From NCBI GenBank assembly GCA_015523545.1, contig WAKB01000001.1, forward strand, positions 66,159 through 130,158: a stretch of 64,000 nucleotides of DNA, written 5' to 3'. Position 1 is the first letter of the stretch. Every line of letters begins with the position of its first letter. This stretch comes from Candidatus Geothermarchaeota archaeon (lineage in GTDB: Archaea > Thermoproteota > Nitrososphaeria > Geothermarchaeales > JDFR-13). A program made the translations under genes and the position numbers. Below the pieces are notes generated by a model, which worked only from the letters and a program-made list of their open reading frames with translations, did no database searches and was not told where the DNA came from. Positions 25,805 through 35,276 of the stretch are shown here, piece after piece.

Positions 25805-26071
25805 ATGGGGAGGTCTATACCCAGCCCAACCAGGCATATAGACCGTGAGATAAGGAGGATTAGGAGGCTGGCCAGGAGATACCCGATGTATAGGGAGGGG
25901 CTAGAGAGGCTGGCCAGGATACTGAGACGGCGTAGGAGCATAGTATACCTCCTAACCGACCCCGAGGACGTGGCAGACCTACCATACCTAGTCGCCGCAT
26001 CGGTGCTACAGGGTGGTGAGGATGGGGACGGGCTGGATACTCAGGGTATTGAGAGACCTCGAGAGGGATAG
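25805..26071 (+). CDS. small Arg-rich hypothetical protein
   Basis: 88-aa ORF whose ATG follows the upstream stop by 1 nt (tgagATG). The N-terminal half is very basic (REIRRIRRLARRY...RILRRRRS). Its 3-prime end overlaps the polB frame by 50-59 nt. Confidence 0.4.
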   Translation: MGRSIPSPTRHIDREIRRIRRLARRYPMYREGLERLARILRRRRSIVYLLTDPEDVADLPYLVAASVLQGGEDGDGLDTQGIERPREG

Positions 26072-28025
26072 ATACGTACTCGTCATCAGGGAGTTTATGG
26101 GTAGGAGGATCCTCAGGGACCTGGTGCACCACCCCTCGATATACGTCAGTGGGGATAGGGAGGATCTGAGGGAGCTGCTTAGGGGGCTAGAGGCCTCGGA
26201 CTACCTAGTCGACTATGCATATGAGGAGTGGCTCCTCCCACCCTGGTATAGGAGGAGGGGGAGGATACTGAGGATAGACCTGCCAGGCCCTAGGGAGTAT
26301 GACGAGGTTCTTAGACACCTGAGGCTGGATGGGAGGTATAGGCTTTGGAACACCTATCCAAGCGATACCCAGATGATGATGTATAGGATGGGTATAGCCC
26401 CCTCACTACTCCTAAGGACCATGGATCTCCACCCCATAGACAATCCATGGGAGATGAACTATCTAGAGCCCGGATTCAGAAGGGTGGTCATAAGGCTCCT
26501 AGACTGGTACGGAGAAGTGGTGAATCCATGGGCTAAGGAGCCGATGATCTACGAGGTGTCCTACAACGTGGATGGCTACTGGGACGAGGCTATATATAGA
26601 GGCCTGGACAGCCTCATAGACGACCTGAGGGAGTATGACCCCGACGTGGTGGAGTTCACCTCTACATCAGCATATGTATGGCTGAGGGAGAGGGATGGAT
26701 TCTTCAGGGACACGGCGAGGGCATATATAGACTATGAGAGGAACGTCCTGGAGCCCCATGAATACCACGGCTTCATAGAGCTGAGCAGGCTAAGCAGGAC
26801 AGATATACACGAGGTATCGAGGTACAGCATAGGGAAGATACTCACCACGATAGAGGCCTACGAGGCACTATCCATGGGGCGTGCCATACCCGAGGTGAGG
26901 ACTGAGTGGGAGGGCTACAAAGACATCAAGCTCCTAAGCAGGGTCGACAGGGGTGGATACATAGCCAGCCCCAGGCCCGGTCTATACTGGAACGTGGCCC
27001 AGTGCGACTTCACAAGCCTATATCCCTCCATAATCGTGAGGTACAACATTGGGAACGAGACCGTCAACAGGCCTGGCTGCAGCAGGGAGATAAGGGTTCC
27101 AGAGGCGGGGCACAGGATATGCCTAGACACTAGATCTGTGGTGGCAAGCACACTAGAGAAGCTCTTGAAGAGGAGGATAAGGCTTAAAGACATGGCTAGG
27201 GAGACCGGCGACCCCATCCTAAATAGTCGGCAGAACGCCCTGAAATGGATACTCGTAACATGCTTCGGATATCTGGGCTATAGGAACGCCCGGTTCGGGA
27301 AGATAGAGGCATATGAATCGGTGACCTCCTATGCGAGACACATAATGTATAGAGCCGCCGAGATAGCCAGGGAGATGGGGCTGGAGGCTATCCACATACT
27401 CGTAGACAGTATATGGGTCTCGGGGGGAGACGAGAAGACCTATAGAAAGTATTGTATAAGGGTTACACGGGAGACGGGGTTCAGGATGGAGCTCGAGGCA
27501 CTCTACAGGTGGCTATACATACCCCCAAACAGGTCCGGCATGGGGGAGGCGGCGATAAACAGGTATGTAGGCGGACTGGTGGATGGGGGCTACAAGGCCA
27601 AGGGGGTAGAGATGGTTAGGAGCGACGTCCCAAGGATAGTAGCCGAGTTCCAGCGCCAGGCACTCGCACTACTAGCCAGGGCGGAGAACCCCGAGGAGAT
27701 GGAGCGTATAGTAGGCAAGATACCCAGGCTGATAGAGATATTCAGGAAAGCAATCATGAAAGGCGAGGTGGAGCTGGAATACCTCGTAGTAACACGTAGA
27801 CTCTCCAAGAAGCCGGGTGAATACCTATCTAGACAGCCACATGTAGAGGCGGCCAAGAAGCTGGGTAGATGGGTTGGTAAGGTGAAGTATATACTTACAT
27901 CGAGGGGGGCTGTGCCGGTAGAGCTATGGAAGCCCTCTATGGGCTACGACGTGGACAAATATGTCGAGATGATGGTTAGGAGCCTAGCCAGCCTACCGGT
28001 ACCACTCGAGAGGCTTGGACTATAG
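26013..28025 (+). CDS. polB: family B DNA polymerase, PolB3-like (exonuclease motifs not recognisable, motif C degenerate)
   Basis: Motif A is QCDFTSLYPSII and the motif B region is NSRQNALKWILVTCFGYLGY. Motif C reads HILVDSIWV instead of YGDTDS. I could not find Exo I (DxE) or Exo II (NxxxFD); the expected Exo II site reads DPDVVEFTSTSAY. Start candidates are GTG 26013/26016 and ATG 26022. Confidence 0.8.
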   Translation: MVRMGTGWILRVLRDLERDRYVLVIREFMGRRILRDLVHHPSIYVSGDREDLRELLRGLEASDYLVDYAYEEWLLPPWYRRRGRILRIDLPGPREYDEVLRHLRLDGRYRLWNTYPSDTQMMMYRMGIAPSLLLRTMDLHPIDNPWEMNYLEPGFRRVVIRLLDWYGEVVNPWAKEPMIYEVSYNVDGYWDEAIYRGLDSLIDDLREYDPDVVEFTSTSAYVWLRERDGFFRDTARAYIDYERNVLEPHEYHGFIELSRLSRTDIHEVSRYSIGKILTTIEAYEALSMGRAIPEVRTEWEGYKDIKLLSRVDRGGYIASPRPGLYWNVAQCDFTSLYPSIIVRYNIGNETVNRPGCSREIRVPEAGHRICLDTRSVVASTLEKLLKRRIRLKDMARETGDPILNSRQNALKWILVTCFGYLGYRNARFGKIEAYESVTSYARHIMYRAAEIAREMGLEAIHILVDSIWVSGGDEKTYRKYCIRVTRETGFRMELEALYRWLYIPPNRSGMGEAAINRYVGGLVDGGYKAKGVEMVRSDVPRIVAEFQRQALALLARAENPEEMERIVGKIPRLIEIFRKAIMKGEVELEYLVVTRRLSKKPGEYLSRQPHVEAAKKLGRWVGKVKYILTSRGAVPVELWKPSMGYDVDKYVEMMVRSLASLPVPLERLGL

Positions 28026-28123
28026 ACCCCCAACAACGACCCTGCCGCCAAGTATAAACTGAATCTCTGAATATATATTCAATAAGCAATATACAATGGA
28101 TACAGAGATGCATGTGATGCCTC

Positions 28124-30202
28124 TTGAATAGATATCTCTACCTTCTACTAACCATCCCACTACTCCTCCTAATACCACAGACAGTAGCGACGGCTAACAC
28201 CTATCTAGTGCCGATAGACTATCCAACCATACAGGACGCAGTGAATAACGTCCCCCCAGGATCCACGATAAGGATACTTGGGACAGTGGTGGAGAACGGG
28301 ATAGTGATAGACAAGACCCTGACTATAGAGGGCGGAGTGGTGGACTATGGTGATGACTGGGGCTTCTACGTAAGGCGGGGAACGACGACGTTCAGAGACA
28401 TCACTCTCAAGGCTAGGTATCTATGGTACAACGGTATAATTTCACCTACATTTACCTACTCATCCTCAGTAGGGATAATAGCGATGGACTCTGAGGTCGT
28501 GATAGACAACGTCACTATCTATACTGATGGCCGTATAGAGGATAGGTCGGAGAAGATCTCCTACTACTACGGCATAGTCGGTAGGGATAGGAGCATAGTA
28601 AGGGGCTACGGCCTCAACATATCCGGGATGGATATAGGGATTGAGATGAGCGACACACAGAGATCCATAACCCCTCAATGCTACCTGATATCCACTTCAT
28701 ATACGAAGTGCCTCATAGGCGGAGTCGACAAGATGGTTACCCTAGACATCTCCAACGCCACGATCCAAAGCGAGATAGGCGTAGCCATATTCAGCACATA
28801 CCCCAATGATTACTACAGGGTAAGGGACTTCAACATCACCAGTGAGATCCCGATCTACATACGGAACATATTCAAGGACTCCAGCAAGACCGACTACTCC
28901 ACATACACCTTCTCTGGCGGAGAATTGAGGAGCAGCCCTGATAGGGGCAAGTTCAACCAGCCATACGGAACAGGTGTATACATCATATCCATGGGGATGA
29001 CCGACTTTACACTTAGCCAAGCCCTGGTATATGGCGAGAGGTATGGAGTACAGCATCAGGAGGCGGGTGGAGAGGTCAAGTATACACGTTGGCGCATAGC
29101 GGTGGAGAGGAGCAGTATACTGGCCTATACAAATGGATTCAGGTATGACTCGGCCCAACCAAAGGCAACCGTATCTAACGATGTAGACGTCTTCATCAGG
29201 GACACACTAATAAACTCTTACTCCAACACGACAAGTGAGGGGATATTGATAACCTCTCTGAACCCATTGCGGAACTACCTACATGTAGAGGTGATCAACA
29301 CAAACATCAGCGGCTACGACATAGGCATATCATTCCAGTTCAACGTGATAAACACATTCAACTTCACGATGCACCGCCTATTCTTCCTCAACCCGAGTGG
29401 CTACGGACTCAGCGTACAGACGGTGTCCTTCGAGAAGGGATATCTATGGGCTGGATATAGCCTACTATACAGCATAATAGTGATTACAGAGACAGACTAT
29501 CCCTTCTACCTATATGAGACTGTCTATGACGAGAAGAACTCCCTGATCTGGGGCAAGATCGAGATCGAGGTCTGGTGGACACTCCTGACCGAGGTGTTCA
29601 GCAGCTTGACTAACAACCCGATCCAGGGAGCCACAGTGACCTATAACTGGGACATAGGTACAGCGTCTGGCCTTACAGACTCCGCTGGGAGGTATACCTA
29701 CCAGTTCCACTATAGATACGGGGTTGGCCCAAGATATGGGCCTAGTTACACCTTTGTAAACACTATCTGGGTGGGTGCCAACTACTACGGGGTATCAGGA
29801 TCCACGACCCATCAACTATACTTTGGAGACACGTTGACAAGCCCCAGCTGGTTCCGACACATAGACTTCTACCTACCAGCCCTTATCCTAAAAGTGCTCG
29901 GCTTCAGCCACGACATGGGTACGACATACCTAGTCATAAGAGGGTTGGAGGGAGCCTTCATAGGCTACTATAGCTACACACCCGATGAGATAAAGGTTCC
30001 ACCGAGCATCCAGGACATGTCTACAGGGTTTAGAAGATACCCACTGAGGGTGACCTCGATAGTCTTCCAGGGCGTCTATACCAGGGTCGATGCACAGATA
30101 TTCTACGACGGCTACTGGCAGCCAACCACGATATATATTGGACGGGTGACCGGGATGGTCTGGAGCCCTGGCCCGGTGGACTTCAGGGGCTGGCTAGGAT
30201 AG
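28124..30202 (+). CDS. secreted right-handed parallel beta-helix repeat protein (NosD/pectin-lyase-fold-like)
   Basis: Signal peptide MNRYLYLLLTIPLLLLIPQTVATA. YPTIQDAVNNVPPGSTIRILGT...IDKTLTIEG is typical of PbH1 proteins. Many N-x-S/T sequons. TTG start. Confidence 0.55.
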   Translation: MNRYLYLLLTIPLLLLIPQTVATANTYLVPIDYPTIQDAVNNVPPGSTIRILGTVVENGIVIDKTLTIEGGVVDYGDDWGFYVRRGTTTFRDITLKARYLWYNGIISPTFTYSSSVGIIAMDSEVVIDNVTIYTDGRIEDRSEKISYYYGIVGRDRSIVRGYGLNISGMDIGIEMSDTQRSITPQCYLISTSYTKCLIGGVDKMVTLDISNATIQSEIGVAIFSTYPNDYYRVRDFNITSEIPIYIRNIFKDSSKTDYSTYTFSGGELRSSPDRGKFNQPYGTGVYIISMGMTDFTLSQALVYGERYGVQHQEAGGEVKYTRWRIAVERSSILAYTNGFRYDSAQPKATVSNDVDVFIRDTLINSYSNTTSEGILITSLNPLRNYLHVEVINTNISGYDIGISFQFNVINTFNFTMHRLFFLNPSGYGLSVQTVSFEKGYLWAGYSLLYSIIVITETDYPFYLYETVYDEKNSLIWGKIEIEVWWTLLTEVFSSLTNNPIQGATVTYNWDIGTASGLTDSAGRYTYQFHYRYGVGPRYGPSYTFVNTIWVGANYYGVSGSTTHQLYFGDTLTSPSWFRHIDFYLPALILKVLGFSHDMGTTYLVIRGLEGAFIGYYSYTPDEIKVPPSIQDMSTGFRRYPLRVTSIVFQGVYTRVDAQIFYDGYWQPTTIYIGRVTGMVWSPGPVDFRGWLG

Positions 30203-30293
30203 CCCCGACCCCAAAACCTTTTTAACCATACCCCCAAGACACTCCTCCCGAGCCAAACCATTTAATCCCCATCATATAGGGATTATTATCCAC

Positions 30294-32207
30294 ATGGAGG
30301 AGTTTTGGCACCCGCCCCAGGAGCTCGTTGAGAACAGTAATGTGATGAGAGTTGTCAGGGAGCTTGGACTTGAGAGCTACGAAGACCTCCTTAGGAGGAG
30401 TATTGAGGATCATGAATGGTTCTGGGGATGGCTCCCCGATCTACTTGGCATAGAGTGGTTCAGACCCTTCGACAAGGTGGTCGACTATAGCGAGGGTGTA
30501 GAATGGGCTAAATGGTACATAGGCGGCCTAATCAACGCGACATACAACGTGCTGGATAAACACATGGGTAGTGAGGTGGAGAGGAGGACTGCCTTCATAT
30601 GGCAGGGTGAAGACGGGTCCGTGGTGGAGTATAGCTATAGGAGGCTCTACAGCGAGGTCAACAGGCTAGCATCAGCCCTCAAGAGGAGGGGTGTGGAGAG
30701 GGGGGAGACCATAGCCATGTATATGCCGATGATGCCCGAGACAGTGGTCATCCTACTAGCCGCTATGAGGATAGGGGCGGTGCCCACACCCATATTCTCC
30801 GGCTTCGGGCGTGAGGCGGTTAGAACCAGGGTGGAGGACGCCCATTCAAGGCTCATATTCACCACCGACGTCAGCTATAGGAGGGGGCGTAGGATAGACC
30901 TCCTATCAACACTTAGAGATGCTGTTAAGGGCCTAGACTATGTAGAGGACATCATAATTGTTAAGAGGGCGGGCTCGGACGGGACTGACTATAGAGACTT
31001 CATAGGCGAGGGCGGGTCTTACCAGAGGCCAGAGGAGCTCGACCCCAACCATCCAGCCCTACTCCTATACAGCTCCGGAACCACTGGGAAGCCGAAGGGA
31101 ATAGTGATCTCACATATAGGCGCCTTGATCCAGCCGAGCAAGGAGATATACTTCAACCTAGACCTGAAGCCGGAGGACCTCTTCATGTGGATAACCGATA
31201 TCGGCTGGATGATGGGGCCCTGGCAGATAATAGGCGTTGGAAACCTGGGAGGAACCCACGCCATCATGGAGGGTGCCCCAGACTATCCAGGGCCCGACAG
31301 GATATGGAGGTTCGTGGCTGAGCATCGGGTAACCATCCTAGGCGGCTCGGCAACACTCTTCCGGATGTTCAAGAAGTATGGGAGGAGTTATGTAGAGATG
31401 CACGACACATCCTCAATAAGGATACTGGGCAACACGGGTGAGCCTATAGACGAGGATACGTGGAGATGGGTGATGGAGGTTATCGGGAGGTGGAGAGCCC
31501 CGATGATAAACCTTAGCGGAGGAACAGAGATATTCGGATGCCTAGTCCTACCCTCCCCGACAGTCCCCCTGAAACCCTCAACAGTCTATGGACCCGGACT
31601 AGGGATGGATGTAGACGTCTTCAACGACGAGGGGAGACCCGTCAGGGAGGAGGTTGGATACCTCGTCTGCAAGACCCCAGTGCCATCCATGACCAGGGGC
31701 TTCTGGCGAGACCCGGAGAGATACCTCAAGACCTACTGGAGCAGGTGGGAGGGCATATGGTACCACGGCGACTGGGCCTACATCGATGGGGACGGCTACT
31801 GGTTCCTACTGGGGAGGGCCGACGACGTCATCAAGATAGCTGGGAAACGTCTAGGCCCAGCCGAGGTGGAGACTATACTCAACTCGCACCCCATGGTGGC
31901 AGAGTCCGCCTGTATAGGCGCCCCAGACCCATTTAAGGGTGAGAAGCTAGTCTGCTTCGTAAAGACCGTTGGGGAACGTGGACCGGGACTGATCGATGAG
32001 CTTAGGGACATGGTGGGGGAGAGGCTAGGCAAGCCCTTCAGGCCGGAGGAGATATACATAGTCCCAGACCTACCCAGGACGAGGAGCGGCAAGATTATGA
32101 GGCGGGTGCTGAGGGCTATATACACTGATAGCCCGGTCGGCGACATATCGACCCTGGAGAACCCAGAGGCACTCGAGGGGGTCAGAGAGGCTCTAAGACA
32201 CGCCTGA
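30294..32207 (+). CDS. acs: AMP-forming acetyl/propionyl-CoA synthetase
   Basis: 637 aa with the AMP-binding motif LLYSSGTTGKPKG, the later YWFLLGRADDVIKIAG, and the C-terminal PRTRSGKIMRR. Confidence 0.9.
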   Translation: MEEFWHPPQELVENSNVMRVVRELGLESYEDLLRRSIEDHEWFWGWLPDLLGIEWFRPFDKVVDYSEGVEWAKWYIGGLINATYNVLDKHMGSEVERRTAFIWQGEDGSVVEYSYRRLYSEVNRLASALKRRGVERGETIAMYMPMMPETVVILLAAMRIGAVPTPIFSGFGREAVRTRVEDAHSRLIFTTDVSYRRGRRIDLLSTLRDAVKGLDYVEDIIIVKRAGSDGTDYRDFIGEGGSYQRPEELDPNHPALLLYSSGTTGKPKGIVISHIGALIQPSKEIYFNLDLKPEDLFMWITDIGWMMGPWQIIGVGNLGGTHAIMEGAPDYPGPDRIWRFVAEHRVTILGGSATLFRMFKKYGRSYVEMHDTSSIRILGNTGEPIDEDTWRWVMEVIGRWRAPMINLSGGTEIFGCLVLPSPTVPLKPSTVYGPGLGMDVDVFNDEGRPVREEVGYLVCKTPVPSMTRGFWRDPERYLKTYWSRWEGIWYHGDWAYIDGDGYWFLLGRADDVIKIAGKRLGPAEVETILNSHPMVAESACIGAPDPFKGEKLVCFVKTVGERGPGLIDELRDMVGERLGKPFRPEEIYIVPDLPRTRSGKIMRRVLRAIYTDSPVGDISTLENPEALEGVREALRHA

Positions 32208-32714
32208 AGCCAAGAATCTGGAGGCCTCCCTCCTAGCCACGACCCTATCCAGTAAGAGGAGAGCCACACCCACACCGATTATCGGCCCTCCAAAGACATA
32301 GGTAAAGTCGTAGTCGGGCTCGACCAAGATATCCAGCAGCATCCTCGGCCTAGAGCCATTCACCAATTCATTGGTCGGCATCAACTCGATATAGACGTAG
32401 TAGGAGCTGGGCACATCAGTAGCAAACTCCAACTTCTCCAACCCCTCGACCACCCTTTCAAACAGCTTCTCAGGCCCACCTCCAAACACACTTCTATAGA
32501 TAGTGACGTAGGCCTCCGCCTCACTAATGATGCTTATCCTAACAACACCTGAGGTTAGCGAGACATACTTAACGTCTCTTTCAGGCAATATCTCGTGGAA
32601 CTCGTAGAGGAAGCTCTCCGAGATAGGCTCCCGAACACCACCCAAGACACCCATCAGGACTATTGCTACACCGATGACGAGGAAATATATCGCCAACACC
32701 CTCAGCCAGATCAA
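32193..32714 (-). CDS. membrane-anchored hypothetical protein (last gene of the ABC-2 operon)
   Basis: 173 aa with N- and C-terminal hydrophobic helices. Its start overlaps the upstream permease stop by 4 nt. Confidence 0.6.
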   Translation of the reverse strand: MIWLRVLAIYFLVIGVAIVLMGVLGGVREPISESFLYEFHEILPERDVKYVSLTSGVVRISIISEAEAYVTIYRSVFGGGPEKLFERVVEGLEKLEFATDVPSSYYVYIELMPTNELVNGSRPRMLLDILVEPDYDFTYVFGGPIIGVGVALLLLDRVVARREASRFLASGVS

Positions 32715-33670
32715 TCCACCTCAACCCTCCTCAGGAAATAAGCGGTTAGGAGAACGATCAAGAGAGAGACTGCTATGACCACTATAATATAGATGGTAAA
32801 GACAACAAAAGACGCTTGAAGATCCACATGGGGTGATATCCCTAATCTTCCTCTTATAAGATCACCTATCACATCACCTGTTTCAATTTCGTCCAGAATT
32901 CCAAGGGAAACTATATATCCATACATGGGAGAGACTACAGGATCATTATTTGGAGGCCCATTCTCACTTGAGAGCCATCGGTTCAGACCCAAAACCAATT
33001 GTGTAAAGATAATATAGAGACCACCGCTAGAGAGTATAAAGGCCATCATCTCCCTCCTCACTACCAATGAGATGGAGAAGGCTATCGACGACATTAGGAG
33101 AAGCTCAGGGAGACTTATGAGGGATGCTAATAGAAGGGTAATGTCTGGACGATAAAAGATAGTACCTACTAAAAAGTAAGTAGTAACTACCGAGTATGCC
33201 ACCACAATTATATTAAATAGAATCTTACCAAAGATGTACTCCTCCCTAGTTATTGGCAGCGTCATATATCTCTTAAACACACCTGATCTTAACATTGATG
33301 AAGCCTCCATAGAGATATAGGCCGCCACTCCGAGCATTAGGAACAGAGGCTCTATTGAAGTCGTAAAAGACAGTATCGAGATATATGCAAAGTTAAAGAG
33401 CCCATTATCAATCAGCATGTAGACCTTTTTCTCGAGATAAGCTATCCTATTTATATCTATAATCACTTCATATTCGGGCTTATCATAGATAATGAGCTTT
33501 GCGAGTGATTCCAATCCTGCTCTATCCCCCATATCTATGAAGCCATCTGTAATCAGTGGATAGAACATCAGTATCGTCGACCCAACGAGGATCAGGAGGT
33601 TGAGGAGGTTCAGCTGGCCTACCTCCATCCTCATAACCCGAAGTACAGCCCTAAGCCTCATCCCCACCAC
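32711..33670 (-). CDS. ABC-2-type transporter permease-like polytopic membrane protein
   Basis: 319 aa with about 6 hydrophobic helices, located immediately downstream of an ABC ATPase. Confidence 0.65.
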   Translation of the reverse strand: MVGMRLRAVLRVMRMEVGQLNLLNLLILVGSTILMFYPLITDGFIDMGDRAGLESLAKLIIYDKPEYEVIIDINRIAYLEKKVYMLIDNGLFNFAYISILSFTTSIEPLFLMLGVAAYISMEASSMLRSGVFKRYMTLPITREEYIFGKILFNIIVVAYSVVTTYFLVGTIFYRPDITLLLASLISLPELLLMSSIAFSISLVVRREMMAFILSSGGLYIIFTQLVLGLNRWLSSENGPPNNDPVVSPMYGYIVSLGILDEIETGDVIGDLIRGRLGISPHVDLQASFVVFTIYIIVVIAVSLLIVLLTAYFLRRVEVD

Positions 33671-34610
33671 CCAGCCGGAAGAACACCTGGGTCAAAGGAT
33701 CCGGGTAGAGGGAGACCTCCCACATGTACACCCCTAGATCCCGGCAGAGCTCAAGGACCCCCATCAACGACTTACGCGGATCCCTCAGGAATATGTGGAG
33801 GCCGAGCTCATCAATATGATACTCCTCCACACCCTCTATGGTTGAGAGGCCCTCAACGAGGCCCTCAACATCCCCCTCCAGTCTTAGAAGGTAGTGGAAC
33901 CTATCTAGACGCGACAGGAGCTCCCTGAAGCCTCCAGATGCAACGATCCGTCCACTCCTGATGAAAACGAAGTCGTCGCATATCGGTAGGAGGTGTGGCA
34001 GAATATGAGACGCTATGATGAAGCTCTTACCACTCCTGGACAGCTCCCTGATCAGGCCTACAAAAGTGATTATACTCTCGACATCAACGTTTGAGAAGGG
34101 CTCGTCGAGGATAAATAGTTTGACATCAGGGTTCAGAAGAGTCCTAGCCATCAAGAGCCTCTTAAACATACCCGTCGAGTAGCCCCCTACCCGCATCCCC
34201 AATGCCCAGTCGATCCCAACCATCCTAGCAAGCTCTAGGATACGCGCATCATAATCATCTATACCCATGGCCTGGGCCTCCACCCTCAGCAACTGATAGC
34301 CAGTAAGCCACCCGGGAAACACAATCTCATCAGGCATGACACCCATCCTACTAAAGACCTCCGCCCTCTCCACCCAAGGGTCAAGGTCGAAAACCCTCAC
34401 TACACCACTATCAGGCTTGATAAACCCACTAATAATATTGATCGTCGTAGTCTTACCAGCCCCATTAGGCCCTATAAAACCTAGGACACCCCCATCAAAC
34501 TCTAGAGACAATCCGTCCAAAGCCCTAACCCCACCAAAACTCTTATACACATCTCTAAGCAGAAGAATCAAATGAAACCACCCCATCAAAACCAGTACCA
34601 TACATGACAA
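33651..34610 (-). CDS. ABC transporter ATP-binding protein (ABC-2/DrrA-like)
   Basis: Walker A GPNGAGKTT, signature YSTGMFKRL and Walker B LFILDEP. The true start is probably a few codons in (MGWFH...). Confidence 0.88.
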   Translation of the reverse strand: MSCMVLVLMGWFHLILLLRDVYKSFGGVRALDGLSLEFDGGVLGFIGPNGAGKTTTINIISGFIKPDSGVVRVFDLDPWVERAEVFSRMGVMPDEIVFPGWLTGYQLLRVEAQAMGIDDYDARILELARMVGIDWALGMRVGGYSTGMFKRLLMARTLLNPDVKLFILDEPFSNVDVESIITFVGLIRELSRSGKSFIIASHILPHLLPICDDFVFIRSGRIVASGGFRELLSRLDRFHYLLRLEGDVEGLVEGLSTIEGVEEYHIDELGLHIFLRDPRKSLMGVLELCRDLGVYMWEVSLYPDPLTQVFFRLGGGDEA

Positions 34611-34739
34611 AATAAAGCATTCATCAATGATCTAACTAAAATATTTAAATAAAGATTATACAACAAATCTCAGGTATATATAGAAAAAAATTAGATAAAT
34701 ACACTAACAAATAAAAAATAAAGGATCTATATAGATTGT
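34611..34739. promoter_or_regulatory. very AT-rich intergenic region with divergent promoters
   Basis: 129 nt, almost entirely A/T, with several TATA-like runs (aaatatttaaataaag, tatatatag, aaaaaataaag). It lies between the divergent ABC ATPase gene and the 34740 ORF. Confidence 0.5.
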
Positions 34740-35267
34740 ATGAGAGCTTTGATCGTATTACTGATAGTAATATCAAGTATGCTAATCATAGGCAACTTCT
34801 ATGTACAAGCGAGAACAGTGCCTAAATCCATTGACCCTCGATATGACTATGACAGTTACGAGTTGCTTGGGACTTACGAGAATGCAGAGTACTATATATT
34901 CGGATCTGTTAAGGCATGGTGGGTCCCGAGAGACTCGGGATATTTCAGGACAATCCACTATGGGCGTGCTGAAGACAGACCCTATTATACATCAGGGTTA
35001 TGGAGAAGTGAAGTGGAATGGATCAGAGTATGCTCTAGAACCTATGATTCCAGTGATGTAATGATCGTTAATTCATGTTCTCAGAAGATTGAAGTATCAT
35101 TACTTCTAAAGGGAGTTGAATATTCGATGACGCATGACTTTGGATCATACAGACCCTATAGAGCACAAACCAAGGTAATAGCTCATTTCCACTATCACTT
35201 CATGGCGTTCCACATTAGTGAGTTCACTGACGAAATACCTTACAGCTATATCGAAGTAAATTGGTGA
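34740..35267 (+). CDS. small secreted hypothetical protein (AT-rich island)
   Basis: 175 aa with a signal-like N-terminus (MRALIVLLIVISSMLIIGNFYV). Its composition is much more AT-rich than the flanks. Confidence 0.6.
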   Translation: MRALIVLLIVISSMLIIGNFYVQARTVPKSIDPRYDYDSYELLGTYENAEYYIFGSVKAWWVPRDSGYFRTIHYGRAEDRPYYTSGLWRSEVEWIRVCSRTYDSSDVMIVNSCSQKIEVSLLLKGVEYSMTHDFGSYRPYRAQTKVIAHFHYHFMAFHISEFTDEIPYSYIEVNW

Positions 35268-35276
35268 GAACATGAC

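Noticed and set aside
26906-27217. Two overlapping ORFs (75 aa on the plus strand, 100 aa on the minus strand) inside polB
   Set aside because: They fall within the conserved palm region (motif A to motif B) of the polymerase gene and carry no independent coding signal.
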